A stretch of DNA of 64,000 bases from Candidatus Uhrbacteria bacterium. GTDB taxonomy: Bacteria; Patescibacteriota; Patescibacteriia; UBA9934. The notes beneath the pieces were generated by a model, which was not told the DNA's origin, did not search any database, and saw nothing but the letters and a program-made list of their open reading frames with translations. This document shows positions 27,036-36,820 of the stretch, in pieces (position 1 is the stretch's first letter; every line of letters begins with the position of its first letter). The position numbers were made by a program, and so were the translations under genes. The DNA lies in the NCBI GenBank assembly GCA_943354605.1, contig CALRCK010000002.1, positions 6,280-70,279 of the forward strand, written 5' to 3'.

Positions 27036-27135
27036 CTGTAGTCACCCTGAGCGAAGCGAAGGGTCTCCGCAGGGAGTCCCGACGGAGATTCTTCGCTTCG
27101 CTCAGAATGACGAGACGCAGCCGTCCTTAATGAGT

Positions 27136-29676
27136 CTATGATACCAAACTCGACGGCGTCGCACGATGAACCAGTTTGCGTTTTGCAATATCGAGCGGCA
27201 GAAGCACAAGGATGACTGCGCTAATCACGACGCCGATCATTGGCAACGGAAGATCGACGAGACCAAAGAACGCTCGAAGGGAGGGCACGGTAAGCGGCAA
27301 CACGAGAAATGCAGCGCTGATCATTGCCCCAGTCCACAGCGGCGTTTTCGCAAAAACGTTTGTCACGATAGATGTTCGAAGGGATCGCGTCACAAAGATA
27401 AAACACAAACCCAGGGCGCCGATGAACGCGTAACTCATCGTGAGCGCCGTCGCTGAGTTCACGCCGGATGATCGAAGGAACGCCAGGAATCCGGAAAGAA
27501 CGAACAAAAGGATCGCCGAAGAAAAATAAAGGAAGGTGCGAACATCGGGCGACACCAAGCCATCCTTTGGTGATCGAGGATTCTCGAGCATTGCCCGGCG
27601 ATCGGCGCCCTCGAACGCGAAAAAGATCGCAGGGATTCCATCGGTCACCACATTGAGCCATAAAATGAGAAGCGGTGTGAGGAACGGTGGCATGGAAAAG
27701 AGAAACGCCACAAGCACGCCGAATGTTTCGCCTAGCCCAAGTGCCAACAGAAAGATCGTCACGTTTCTCGCGTTCGTAAATACGGTTCGCCCCTCGGCGA
27801 TTGCGGCGATGATGTTTCCGAAATCTCCGTCAAGGAGCACAAGGTCCGATGATTCCTTTGCAACTTCCGTGGCATGACCAACAGCAATCCCAACATCAGC
27901 CGCCTTCAACGCCGGCGCGTCGTTCACGCCATCACCGGTCATCGCAACCCGCATACCGTTCGCGTGGAGCGCCTCAACAACAAGGAGCTTGTGTTCTGGA
28001 AGCATACGTGCAAACACTGTGGTCTGCATTACTGCCCGCAATCGATCAGGCTCCGGCATGGCCGCAAAATCAACGCCGATTGTCACGGAGACGTCGCGTG
28101 TACCAAACGCTTGCGCCGCAATATTTCGCGCAGTCTCTGGATGGTCCCCCGTCATCATCACCGTGCGAATCCCGGCACGAGTGGCGCTTGCAATTGCCGC
28201 AGGAACGCTTTCTCGAAGCGGGTCCTCGATGCCGAGCAGTCCAAGAATTGTTCCGTCGCGAAACGCATCAATAGCGAATGTTCGATTCCCGAGCGTTGAT
28301 GTTGCAACGGCAATCACGCGTAGCCCCCGTGCCGCCATCTCGTCGATCGTTTTCAAAAGCTGCGTACGTTCAGCATCACGTATGTCACAACGTGCTAACA
28401 CCACATCTGGAGCGCCCATCACATACGCTGTTCGATCAGCACCATGTGAAAGACATGCGCTCATGCGATACGCTGGATCGAACGGAATTGTTGCAAGAGA
28501 CGACGTCTTCTTTGCCCATCCAGTATCCCGAACATACCGCATCACCGCATCAGCAGTTGCGGCGCCCGCGAACGCGCCGTCCCCAGTTTCCGCATGAATC
28601 GTCGCAAAACAGCTGAGTGCAGAAAAAAGATCAGGTTTTTGAAATTGCGTTTCAACAATCGACATCACGCCGGTGGTGAGTGTTCCCGTCTTATCCACGC
28701 AGAGCACGTTCACGCAGCCAAGCGATTCCGTCGCGTTCAAATGCCGAACCAACACCCCGCGATGAAACATACGGCGCATTGCTGCAGAAAGCAGGACGGT
28801 GAGGGTCATCGGTAAACCCTCAGGGATTGCCGCAATCGCAAGCGCCGCCGAAAGCGATATCGCAAAAATCAACTGATCCCCACGAAGAAGTGCGGCAATA
28901 AAAACAACAGATGCGAGAGCCAACACCATCACCGTCAACAGTTGCGAGACGCGATTCATTTCACCCTCAAGCGGAGTCTCGCGATCGACGACCCCCATCG
29001 TCATGACGCCGATTTTTCCAAACTCCGTTTGCGAGCCGAGCGCAGTCACGAGCACGGTTGCCTGGCCGGTCAGCATCGACGTTCCAGCATACACCATGTT
29101 TGTGCGAGCAAAAATTCCAACCGTTGCCACGCAGCTCGGTGTATTCTTTTCAACAGCGGCAGATTCTCCAGAAAGCGCAGCCTCGTTCACCGAGCAGTTC
29201 GTCGCCTCCAGAATGCGACCATCGCAGACAATATTCTGCCCAGCACGAAACAACGCAATGTCTCCAGGCACAAGCTCCTCCGCGGGAATCGTTAGATTCG
29301 CGCCATCACGTCGTACCGTTACGCGCCTTGGCAAGTACTGTTGCAGCGCAAAAAATTCCCGATCGGCATGAAATTCCTGAAAAAAACCCAGCCCGATATT
29401 CACAACAACAATCGCGAGCGTTACTGCGGCATCGAGGAGCTGTCCCGTCCACCAAGAGATGCCAATCGCAATAGCAAGAAGAACGACGAACGGGCCGCGG
29501 CATTGCTTCCAAAGCAACCGAAAAATACTTTGCGGCTTTGGCGGAGCAACGTTCCACGAATCCGCCCGACGCAATCGCTTCCGCGCCTCGTCCGTAGATA
29601 GGCCAGATAGCGACGATTGGAGAGAAAGAAGCGCATCGTGGGCTTCAATTGCATGAAAAGGCAAAAGCGGGGACAT
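27136..29676 (-). CDS. P-type cation-transporting ATPase (P2-type, Ca2+/Mg2+-like).
   Basis: It has the phosphorylation motif CVDKTGTLT, TGDHPETA, the hinge motif TGDGVNDAPALKAADVGIA and about 10 TM helices. Confidence 0.9.
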   Translation of the reverse strand: MSPLLPFHAIEAHDALLSLQSSLSGLSTDEARKRLRRADSWNVAPPKPQSIFRLLWKQCRGPFVVLLAIAIGISWWTGQLLDAAVTLAIVVVNIGLGFFQEFHADREFFALQQYLPRRVTVRRDGANLTIPAEELVPGDIALFRAGQNIVCDGRILEATNCSVNEAALSGESAAVEKNTPSCVATVGIFARTNMVYAGTSMLTGQATVLVTALGSQTEFGKIGVMTMGVVDRETPLEGEMNRVSQLLTVMVLALASVVFIAALLRGDQLIFAISLSAALAIAAIPEGLPMTLTVLLSAAMRRMFHRGVLVRHLNATESLGCVNVLCVDKTGTLTTGVMSIVETQFQKPDLFSALSCFATIHAETGDGAFAGAATADAVMRYVRDTGWAKKTSSLATIPFDPAYRMSACLSHGADRTAYVMGAPDVVLARCDIRDAERTQLLKTIDEMAARGLRVIAVATSTLGNRTFAIDAFRDGTILGLLGIEDPLRESVPAAIASATRAGIRTVMMTGDHPETARNIAAQAFGTRDVSVTIGVDFAAMPEPDRLRAVMQTTVFARMLPEHKLLVVEALHANGMRVAMTGDGVNDAPALKAADVGIAVGHATEVAKESSDLVLLDGDFGNIIAAIAEGRTVFTNARNVTIFLLALGLGETFGVLVAFLFSMPPFLTPLLILWLNVVTDGIPAIFFAFEGADRRAMLENPRSPKDGLVSPDVRTFLYFSSAILLFVLSGFLAFLRSSGVNSATALTMSYAFIGALGLCFIFVTRSLRTSIVTNVFAKTPLWTGAMISAAFLVLPLTVPSLRAFFGLVDLPLPMIGVVISAVILVLLPLDIAKRKLVHRATPSSLVS

Positions 29677-29730
29677 AAAGGAAGTATAGCGTACAAAAGA
29701 AAAGACTGACGAAATTTCGTCAGTCTTTTC

Positions 29731-29805
29731 TGGTGCGCCGAGCGGGGATCGAACCCGCGACCACGAGCTTAAAAGGCTCTTGCTCTACCACTGAGCTACC
29801 AGCGC
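29731..29805 (-). tRNA. tRNA-Lys (anticodon TTT). CCA is encoded.
   Basis: Reverse-complement reading gives GCGCTGGTAGCTCAGTGGTAGAGCAAGAGCCTTTTAAGCTCGTGGTCGCGGGTTCGATCCCCGCTCGGCGCACCA. The acceptor stem has 2 G-U pairs. Confidence 0.75.
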
Positions 29806-29807
29806 AG

Positions 29808-29933
29808 GGAGAACGCCCCCGGTTGGTCTATTTTCGGCTTGCGGCTTCGAAAACTTTTTCAACGTACCGAGAAGTACGTCTCAAAAGCTTTTCTCGCCAC
29901 GCACCGAAACTAGCCACAACCGGGAACGTTCTC
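29808..29933 (-). ncRNA. Conserved structured intergenic element, minus-strand copy, immediately 5' of tRNA-Lys.
   Basis: The reverse complement carries AGTTTCGGTGCGTGGCGAGAAAAGC..GAGACGTACTTCTCGGTACGTTGA...GCCGAAAATAGACCAA. The closing stem is gagaacgttcccgg / ccgggggcgttctc. Its 3' end is 2-3 nt from the tRNA-Lys 5' end. Confidence 0.5.
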
Positions 29934-30050
29934 TTCAATTCTCATTCAAATTACGTCCGGAGGATATCAGATCTTGAGGGTTTTGAAAAGCAGAAGACCC
30001 CGGCGCATGGCGGACCGAGGTCCTGCCACGCAGCCGAGGCCGCGTTCGCG

Positions 30051-30416
30051 CTACACCGCCATCGACGGCCGCATGAGGCACACGGGGAGCCGCGTCTCAC
30101 CGAAGGGTCCGAACCGGCCAATCTCCAGGAGCCGTTCGTGCAAGAGCGTCGAAACGCCGTCGATGGGTCCGGGACGAAGGATTTGGAGCGCGTCGCACTC
30201 CATACAGTGCCCGTGAACTGCACGAGAAGAACACGTTGCCGCGTGCTTGGCGTCCTTCGCCTCCCAGAAGTCGATGAACGCGGGGTCGAGGTCGCCGATG
30301 TGGTCGAGGTAGACCTCCGAATCGTTGGGGTTGTGGCTAGCGGGGATTTGGGTTGCGAGGAATTCCGCGATGAGCGCACGAGCCGCTCGTCGAGCGAGTT
30401 GACGTGACGTGGACAT
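30051..30416 (-). CDS. Small Cys/His-rich hypothetical protein in high-GC island 4.
   Basis: The 29990-30440 segment is about 60% GC. It contains CSSRAVHGHCMEC (possible metal binding). The start is chosen at MSTSRQL. Confidence 0.35.
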   Translation of the reverse strand: MSTSRQLARRAARALIAEFLATQIPASHNPNDSEVYLDHIGDLDPAFIDFWEAKDAKHAATCSSRAVHGHCMECDALQILRPGPIDGVSTLLHERLLEIGRFGPFGETRLPVCLMRPSMAV

Positions 30417-30575
30417 GTACACCTCCAACAAAGAGCGTAACGGAATATCACAGAAGGGACAACTGACCTGACCTTGGATGAAAAGGGGCGGAAAACTCGG
30501 TGTGTCATCGGCGACGCTCGACGAGCCTGAGTTGGGCGAGGAGAGTGTAGGAGTACTCGATTTCCTGTTTTGCGG

Positions 30576-30595
30576 ATGTCGTGTCAACACAACAT
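30576..30595. promoter_or_regulatory. A 20-bp near-palindrome ATGTCGTGTC/AACACAACAT. Operator-like, site 1.
   Basis: Read directly. 8 of 10 positions are symmetric. Confidence 0.3.
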
Positions 30596-30631
30596 CTGAT
30601 TATCAAAATCATTGGCATTTTTGTATCTAAA

Positions 30632-30651
30632 ATGTCGTGTGGACACGACAT
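30632..30651. promoter_or_regulatory. A 20-bp palindrome ATGTCGTGTG/GACACGACAT. Operator-like, site 2.
   Basis: Read directly. 9 of 10 positions are symmetric. It lies 56 bp from site 1, between the murG 3' end and the island-4 gene start. Confidence 0.35.
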
Positions 30652-30723
30652 ACAAATTTTGCAAAACGCACACCACGCCGACCAATGTCCGCCGTCATTC
30701 ACGCCCGTCCCAAGCCAGTCTCA

Positions 30724-31839
30724 TCACCCCTTCAAAGAATCAGGCCGGTCCCTCTTCACTTCCCCCTCCCCCAAAATCCGTAACGCCTCGTGCACAATGC
30801 GCTCATCACCGTTCGTCGGGAAAACAGTTCGAACCTTCGCCGAAAGCGCCTCACGACGTTCTGGGCTCTCGACCAAACGCAAAATGGATTGCAACAACGT
30901 CTGTGGCGTGACGTGTTTCAGTACTTCTGCGGCGCCACGATCTTCGAGCGCCTTCGCATTTTCCTCCTGCTGCCCCTCGAGCGGCAAAATAATCGCTGGT
31001 TTTCCAAGTGCAACCACCTCCGCCAACGTCCCCATTCCGGCGCGACACACCACCACGTCGGCGAGCGCCAAAATATCGGCCATGCCTTCGCCAATAAATT
31101 CTCGCGTCACGTACCCGTCGCCGATCGTTTCGAGTGCACTCAACATTTTTCCTCGACCAGTGATATGAATCACGTTTGCATGGCGGACGAGTTCTGGCCC
31201 AATCACCGAGAATCGCTCGTTCATCCGTGCAGATCCTGTACCACCACCAATCACCAATACCGTCGGCTTCGTTGCGGATAGTCCGAACAGCTCACGCGCC
31301 ATTTGTGCATCGCCTAATCGTAAAAACGGACGAATCATCGCGCCAACAACACATGTTTTTTGTGCACCAAAACTCGCAACGTTCTCCTCCCACGTCACAC
31401 TGACACGTTTCGCAAAAGGCGCCATCAATCGATTCGCAAGTCCAACAACAATATCAAACTGATGTACCCACGATGGAATGCGCATCACCGCAGCAGCAAA
31501 CGCAACAGGAACACTGACGTATGCCCCGGCAGTCATCACCATTGTGGGCTCAAGACTTGCGAGCATTCGCCCCGCGCGAATCATGCTGACGACGAGCTGA
31601 ATTGGCGCAATGATCCACGTCCACGGCCGAGTGCGATCAAACTTTGGCGCAGCAAGTGCAATGAAGGGAATCTTTGCAGACTCCACCACCAATCGCTCGG
31701 GGCCATCCGGTGTGCCAATCCACGTAAACTTCACCTGCGGATCACGCTTTCGCCATTCTGCAGCAACCGCAAGTAACGGTGTTACTGGACCCAGCGTTCC
31801 CCCGCCGGTAAACACAATGTGATGTTCTGGAGGATTCAT
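30724..31839 (-). CDS. murG: Undecaprenyl-PP-MurNAc-pentapeptide-UDP-GlcNAc transferase.
   Basis: A GT28 two-domain layout with an N-terminal G-rich loop (VFTGGGTLGPVTP) and a C-terminal motif (GAGMGTLAEVVALGKPAIILP). Confidence 0.9.
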   Translation of the reverse strand: MNPPEHHIVFTGGGTLGPVTPLLAVAAEWRKRDPQVKFTWIGTPDGPERLVVESAKIPFIALAAPKFDRTRPWTWIIAPIQLVVSMIRAGRMLASLEPTMVMTAGAYVSVPVAFAAAVMRIPSWVHQFDIVVGLANRLMAPFAKRVSVTWEENVASFGAQKTCVVGAMIRPFLRLGDAQMARELFGLSATKPTVLVIGGGTGSARMNERFSVIGPELVRHANVIHITGRGKMLSALETIGDGYVTREFIGEGMADILALADVVVCRAGMGTLAEVVALGKPAIILPLEGQQEENAKALEDRGAAEVLKHVTPQTLLQSILRLVESPERREALSAKVRTVFPTNGDERIVHEALRILGEGEVKRDRPDSLKG

Positions 31840-31848
31840 ACAAATACA

Positions 31849-32967
31849 TTACACATTCTTCGAGTGCGACGAGACGTTGACGACAACACCGAGAGCGGTA
31901 AGCGTGACGGCGAGCGCGGTTCCACCGTAGCTTACCAAAGGAAGCGGAACGCCGGTAATTGGCAGCACCCCAACCATGGCGGCAATGTTAAAAAATGCCT
32001 GCGCACCAATCCACGACATCACCCCAACCGCGAGATACCGGCCAAACGCATCGCGCGCCAGAGAAGCAACCTTCAATCCGCGCTGCAAAAATGCGACGTA
32101 CAGCACAAGGAACGCCGTCGTGAGCACAAAACCGAGCTCTTCAGCGACCACGGCAAAAATGGAATCTCCGGCGACTTCCGGAAGATACTGAAATTTTTGC
32201 AACGAATGACCGTATCCTCGGCCAAAGAACCCCCCACTTCCCACTGCAAGCAACGCTTGATTAATGTGATACCCCGTATGAAGCGGATCGAGTTCCGGAT
32301 GTAAAAACGTAATAAAACGATCCCGTCGATATGGCGAGAATGCCAAAAGCAATCCCAACAACACGCCACCGCCTGTCCCAAAAAGTGCAAAGTACCGAAA
32401 CGGCGCTCCGGCGGAGAAATACACGCCAAGTGCCATGATAACGATAACGCCGAGCGTTCCCGTGTCGTGCTCAAGTAACAACAATCCCATCACCACCGAA
32501 AGAACGATCGCGAACGGGATCAGTCCGCTGTGCAAGTCTCGAATCTCATGTTCTGATCGTTTCTCCATCCATGCCGCGATGTAAAAAAGGAACGTAAGTT
32601 TTACGAGTTCGGACGGCTGGAGCGTCAGAGGACCGATATGAATCCATTGTCGTGCAAACGTTCCGAGATCGGTACCGAGGCCAGGAATAAACACCGAAAG
32701 CAAAAGAACAATGGAAATGAACAACATCACCCCAGCAAACCGGCGATAGGTTGTGTACGGCACTCGGCTTGCGAGAAAGAATCCAATTGCGCCAGGAACC
32801 AGGCCGAAGATGATTTGATGTTTCAAGAAATAATACGTGTCGTTGAATTTTACAAAACCTGTTGGGCCGGACGCAGACGCAAGCAATACAAAACCGAGCA
32901 ACAGCAGGCCGCCGAGCAAAGCAAGAAACGTTCGGTCTGCATGTCGAATTCCTCCAAAGAGCGCCAT
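31849..32967 (-). CDS. ftsW: SEDS-family peptidoglycan polymerase FtsW/RodA.
   Basis: It has 10 TM helices with conserved SEDS motifs (QPSELVK, PEVAGDSIFAVVAEELG). Confidence 0.9.
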   Translation of the reverse strand: MALFGGIRHADRTFLALLGGLLLLGFVLLASASGPTGFVKFNDTYYFLKHQIIFGLVPGAIGFFLASRVPYTTYRRFAGVMLFISIVLLLSVFIPGLGTDLGTFARQWIHIGPLTLQPSELVKLTFLFYIAAWMEKRSEHEIRDLHSGLIPFAIVLSVVMGLLLLEHDTGTLGVIVIMALGVYFSAGAPFRYFALFGTGGGVLLGLLLAFSPYRRDRFITFLHPELDPLHTGYHINQALLAVGSGGFFGRGYGHSLQKFQYLPEVAGDSIFAVVAEELGFVLTTAFLVLYVAFLQRGLKVASLARDAFGRYLAVGVMSWIGAQAFFNIAAMVGVLPITGVPLPLVSYGGTALAVTLTALGVVVNVSSHSKNV

Positions 32968-32970
32968 ACA

Positions 32971-34036
32971 CTATGCTGAGGCATGCGTTGCGACGTCGAG
33001 AAGCGCAAGGAGCACGCCAAGTACAGCTGTAATCCACGAAATCACCCAAAACCGCATCACGACTTTTGGTTCGGGCCATCCGAGCGCCTCAAAATGATGA
33101 TGAATAGGCGCAATGAGGAAGATTTTCTTTCCGAACAATTTCTTGGATCCTATTTGAAGAATCGTCGTCACCATTTCAAGCACAAAAATAAATCCAATCA
33201 AGGGGAGAAGCAGTGGCTGGTTGGTAATCATCGCCACAACGCCGAGCGTGACGCCAAGCGACATCGCTCCGGTGTCGCCCATAATGAATCGGGCGGGATA
33301 AATGTTAAACCACAAAAACGCGAACAGTGCGCCCATCACCACCGCACAAAACGCCGCAAGATCGTAACGCCCCTGCATCACCGCAATCAGCGAATACGCA
33401 CCGAACGCACTTGCAAGCGTTCCACCGGCCAAGCCGTCCAGCCCGTCGGTTTGATTCACAGAGAACGACGTTGCAACAATCACGCCAATAAAAAATATCG
33501 CGTACGGCACTACCCCAACCACCACGTCGCCAACAAACGGAACATGCAACGAATCAAATCCAAGCTTTGCGGTAAACCACCACGCACCAACCGCCGCAAC
33601 CGCCGCGTACAACACAAGTCGATGACGAATATGCAAACCGCCACCGTGCGAACCGATTTTGAAGACGTTCATGAAGTCGTCCGCTAATCCAACAACTCCT
33701 GCAGCAACAAGCGCGGCAACCGGAAGCCATGTTTGCCCACGCGAAAGAAAATTGAGTTCTGCAAGCGCGCTGTTCGGATAGAGCAAATGACACGCGGAAA
33801 AAAACGCCGCCATCCCAGCAACGGTGAGCCAAATGAGCACGCCGCCCATAGTGGGAACGCCAGCTTTCTTCGCGTGGAGCTTGGCGAACATTGGCGCAGT
33901 CACTGCGCTCCGAATCGATTTCCCTAATCGGAACCGATACAGCACGTGTGTTAAGAGCGGCGTCCAACAAATCGCCACCACGAAGCTTGCGGTGCCAAGC
34001 AAGAGAATTTTGGTAATCGCAAAAGCGTCAACCATA
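32971..34036 (-). CDS. mraY: Phospho-N-acetylmuramoyl-pentapeptide transferase.
   Basis: It has MraY motifs (GTPTMGGVLI, NQTDGLDGLAGG and DDF..V.K). Confidence 0.9.
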
Positions 34037-34420
34037 CACAATATTCATGAGGACAACGAAAATCGTAGAAAGAAAGAGGAATCCGGTCAGCACCACCGTT
34101 GATACCAATACCACGCGGGCAAGCATCGGTTCGCGCTTCGCGAGCAACAACGCCACAACGGCGTTTACGACGCACAGTAACGCGCCAGCGGCGGGATACA
34201 CAAAAATCTGCCACCACACTCCCGTCCAGTCCACGCCGTAGTGGATATTGTAATGCAATGGAATAACCTCCTTCCCATACATGTCAGGAAAGAGCCTCCA
34301 TAAGAGCAGCCCCACCGACACCACAACAAAACCAAAGGAGAGGCCAACGCACAACTTGAAGTACTGTACGCCAAAAAGCGATACAATCCGCCCCCTTCGC
34401 TCAACGGCAATGTTAGACAT
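34028..34420 (-). CDS. Hypothetical small four-TM membrane protein.
   Basis: A hydrophobic ORF directly upstream of mraY. The start is chosen at MSNIAV. No motif was recognised. Confidence 0.35.
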   Translation of the reverse strand: MSNIAVERRGRIVSLFGVQYFKLCVGLSFGFVVVSVGLLLWRLFPDMYGKEVIPLHYNIHYGVDWTGVWWQIFVYPAAGALLCVVNAVVALLLAKREPMLARVVLVSTVVLTGFLFLSTIFVVLMNIVYG

Positions 34421-34649
34421 GAGAATCGGCGGTAAGGATTTTTCGAATGCCAGGCACCCGCTCGCAGAGCACAACTTCTATTCCCTTTTTCATCGTGACA
34501 TCGGAAAGCGCACACCCAGCACAAGCACCAGTAAAACGAAGCGTAACGGTCCCCGTAACCTCATCGAGGCTCACCAGATCGATTCCGCCTCTATGGAGCC
34601 GTAAACTGCCCCGAATATCCTCCAAAGCCGCAAGAATGGCATTTCGCAT
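34413..34649 (-). CDS. NifU-like (Nfu) Fe-S cluster scaffold domain protein.
   Basis: A 78-aa protein with LRLHRGGIDLVSLDE..GTVTLRFTGACAGCALS and a CxxC motif typical of the NifU C-terminal domain. Confidence 0.65.
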   Translation of the reverse strand: MRNAILAALEDIRGSLRLHRGGIDLVSLDEVTGTVTLRFTGACAGCALSDVTMKKGIEVVLCERVPGIRKILTADSHV

Positions 34650-34745
34650 AGCTTTCCACAGTATACCCCATTTTCCAGCCCAGGATAGCCCCAGTTTCTG
34701 CTTGACGCTCCCCAGGAATTAGGCTAATCTACCCACCGTTAGCCG

Positions 34746-34766
34746 CACCGATCACTGTGATCGGTG
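34746..34766. promoter_or_regulatory. Perfect 10-bp-arm palindrome in the rpmA leader.
   Basis: The sequence caccgatcac-tg-tgatcggtg lies 20 nt upstream of the rpmA ATG. Confidence 0.3.
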
Positions 34767-34785
34767 TCCGGCACTTACCCCATGT

Positions 34786-35064
34786 ATGGCTCATAAATTA
34801 GCTCAAGGCTCCACACGAAACGGCCGCGATTCCCAGGCAAAACGCCTTGGAGTGAAGCGTTCCGACGGTACGCAGGTCCAGATTGGCGAAATCATCATTC
34901 GTCAGCGCGGAACCCAAGTCCATCCAGGAAAGAACGTTCGCGCCGGCAAGGACTTCACCCTCTACGCTCTTGCCGACGGCGTGGTTTCCTTCATGAAGAA
35001 GCGCGTTCCAGACTTCACGGGAAAGCTCAAGCTCCGCACCTTCGTTTCCATCAAAACCGCGTAA
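34786..35064 (+). CDS. rpmA: 50S ribosomal protein L27.
   Basis: The sequence [47 protein letters not shown] matches L27. No rplU precedes it. Confidence 0.9.
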   Translation: MAHKLAQGSTRNGRDSQAKRLGVKRSDGTQVQIGEIIIRQRGTQVHPGKNVRAGKDFTLYALADGVVSFMKKRVPDFTGKLKLRTFVSIKTA

Positions 35065-35075
35065 TCGCAAACCAA

Positions 35076-35104
35076 ACCCCAGTCGCAAGGCTGGGGTTTT
35101 GTGT
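35076..35104 (+). terminator. Rho-independent terminator after rpmA.
   Basis: The hairpin ccccag-tcgcaagg-ctgggg is followed by ttttgtgttt. Confidence 0.7.
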
Positions 35105-35121
35105 TTCAACGATCTTTCGCC

Positions 35122-35156
35122 GGACTAACTTAGTTTGTCACTAACGTAGTTAGTCC
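35122..35156. repeat. Solo REP-like palindrome of the GACTAACTTAG...TAGTTAGTC family. It overlaps the last 9 codons of pyrG.
   Basis: The sequence ggactaacttagtttgtcactaacgtagttagtcc matches the inverted ends of the transposase unit at 62669-62701 and 63374-63406. Confidence 0.55.
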
Positions 35157-36785
35157 TTCATGTTTGTCCGCAGAGGCTTGAACAAATTTCACGAATAAAG
35201 GGTGAGGTCGCAGCGGACGCGATTGAAATTCTGGATGGAACTGTACGCCGACGAAAAACGGGTGCTCAGCGACCTCGATAATTTCGACGAGACGATCGTC
35301 CGGCGACGTGCCGGCAATGATCAGCCCGGCATCGATGAGCTGCTGACGATACTCGTTATTGAATTCGTAGCGGTGACGGTGACGTTCATTGGTCGAATTG
35401 GACCCATAGGACCTATACGAAAGTGAGTTTTCTGCGAGAACACACGGATAGCTCCCCAGCCGCAACGTTCCGCCAATTCCGGTTCCCTTGAGTTTCTTCG
35501 CCTGATCATTCATCAGGTGAATAACCGGATTCTTCGTCTTCGGCGCGATCTCCGTGGTATGCGCATCAGCAAGCCCAAGCACCGATCGCGCAAACTCAAT
35601 CACCGCGCACTGCATACCGTAGCAGATGCCAAAGTACGGGATCTTGTGTTCGCGAACATACTTGATCGCCGCCATCTTTCCTTCAATTCCTCGCGAACCA
35701 AATCCGCCAGGCACCAACACGCCGTCGTACTGTGCGAGTTCCTGAAGCTTTGACGGATCCTGTTCGTACGCTTCGCTATTGAGCCATTCAATCACCGGTT
35801 TCCGACCAATACTCCACGCGGCATGCTTAATCGCCTCGAGCACCGAGAGGTATGCGTCGGACAACACGAAGTCTCCGGTAGAAAAGTATTTGCCGATGAC
35901 GCCGATACGAACCGGACGATCAACAGTCTCGATCGTATCGGCAAGCGAGTCCCAAGCCGAAAGGTTCGGTGCCGATCGCGCCTTCATCCGAAACGACTTC
36001 AACACCGAGTCGGCGAACCCTTGCTCATCGAACAGCCGAGGCACCTCATAAATCGACCTGGCGTTCGGTGCGGTGATGATGTGCGACGGATGCACGCCGC
36101 AGAATCGGCTCAACTTCTCTCGCCGTGGCATATCGAGCGCAACCTCAGATCGACAAATCAAGAACTCTGGATTGATACCGATCCGATTCACCTCGCGAAC
36201 CGCGTGCTGCGTTGGTTTCGTCTTCATCTCGCCAATCGACGGTGGAACCGGAAGATAACTGACAAGTACCGTCCGAACATCGTCAGGATTCTTCAGCTTC
36301 ATCATGCGAATCGCTTCAAGAAAAAGAATGTTCTCGTACTCACCAACCGTTCCGCCAATCTCAACGAGCACGAAATCCGCCTTCGCCTTCTTTGCCGCCT
36401 TCTCAAGACGATCGATCACTTCCTCCGGAACTCTCGGAACGACCTCAACGCACTTCCCATGATAATCTCCACGGCGCTCACGCTCGATCACAGACTGATA
36501 CACCCGACCGGTCGTCATGTAATTCACCGACGTGATGTTCTCATCAAGGAAGCGCTCATAGTTCCCAATGTCCTGGTCGGTCTCGTCGCCATCGATCGTC
36601 ACAAATACTTCGCCGTGTTCCACTGGGTTCATCGTCCCCGCGTCCACATTCACATACGGATCAATTTTCACGGCCGTTACTCGAAACCCTCGAGCTTTAA
36701 GAGTCAATCCAAGCGCTGCGCTACTCGTCCCCTTTCCCACGCCGCTCATGACTCCACCCACAACAAAGATATATCGATGATGCAT
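35130..36785 (-). CDS. pyrG: CTP synthase.
   Basis: It has an N-terminal synthetase domain (YIFVVGGVMSGVGKG, a P-loop) and a C-terminal class-I glutamine amidotransferase domain (GICYGMQ, HPEF). Confidence 0.95.
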   Translation of the reverse strand: MHHRYIFVVGGVMSGVGKGTSSAALGLTLKARGFRVTAVKIDPYVNVDAGTMNPVEHGEVFVTIDGDETDQDIGNYERFLDENITSVNYMTTGRVYQSVIERERRGDYHGKCVEVVPRVPEEVIDRLEKAAKKAKADFVLVEIGGTVGEYENILFLEAIRMMKLKNPDDVRTVLVSYLPVPPSIGEMKTKPTQHAVREVNRIGINPEFLICRSEVALDMPRREKLSRFCGVHPSHIITAPNARSIYEVPRLFDEQGFADSVLKSFRMKARSAPNLSAWDSLADTIETVDRPVRIGVIGKYFSTGDFVLSDAYLSVLEAIKHAAWSIGRKPVIEWLNSEAYEQDPSKLQELAQYDGVLVPGGFGSRGIEGKMAAIKYVREHKIPYFGICYGMQCAVIEFARSVLGLADAHTTEIAPKTKNPVIHLMNDQAKKLKGTGIGGTLRLGSYPCVLAENSLSYRSYGSNSTNERHRHRYEFNNEYRQQLIDAGLIIAGTSPDDRLVEIIEVAEHPFFVGVQFHPEFQSRPLRPHPLFVKFVQASADKHEGLTTLVTN

Positions 36786-36820
36786 AGAAACGAAACGCTC
36801 CGCCGGGGCGGAGCGCTGTA

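Noticed and set aside
4159-29933. Assignment of the element to a known RNA class (T-box, hammerhead CUGAUGA...GAAA, tmRNA, SRP, 6S, RNase P).
   Set aside because: It is too short for RNase P or tmRNA. It has no T-box specifier or antiterminator sequence and no hammerhead core. I cannot match it from memory, so it is left as an unclassified candidate.
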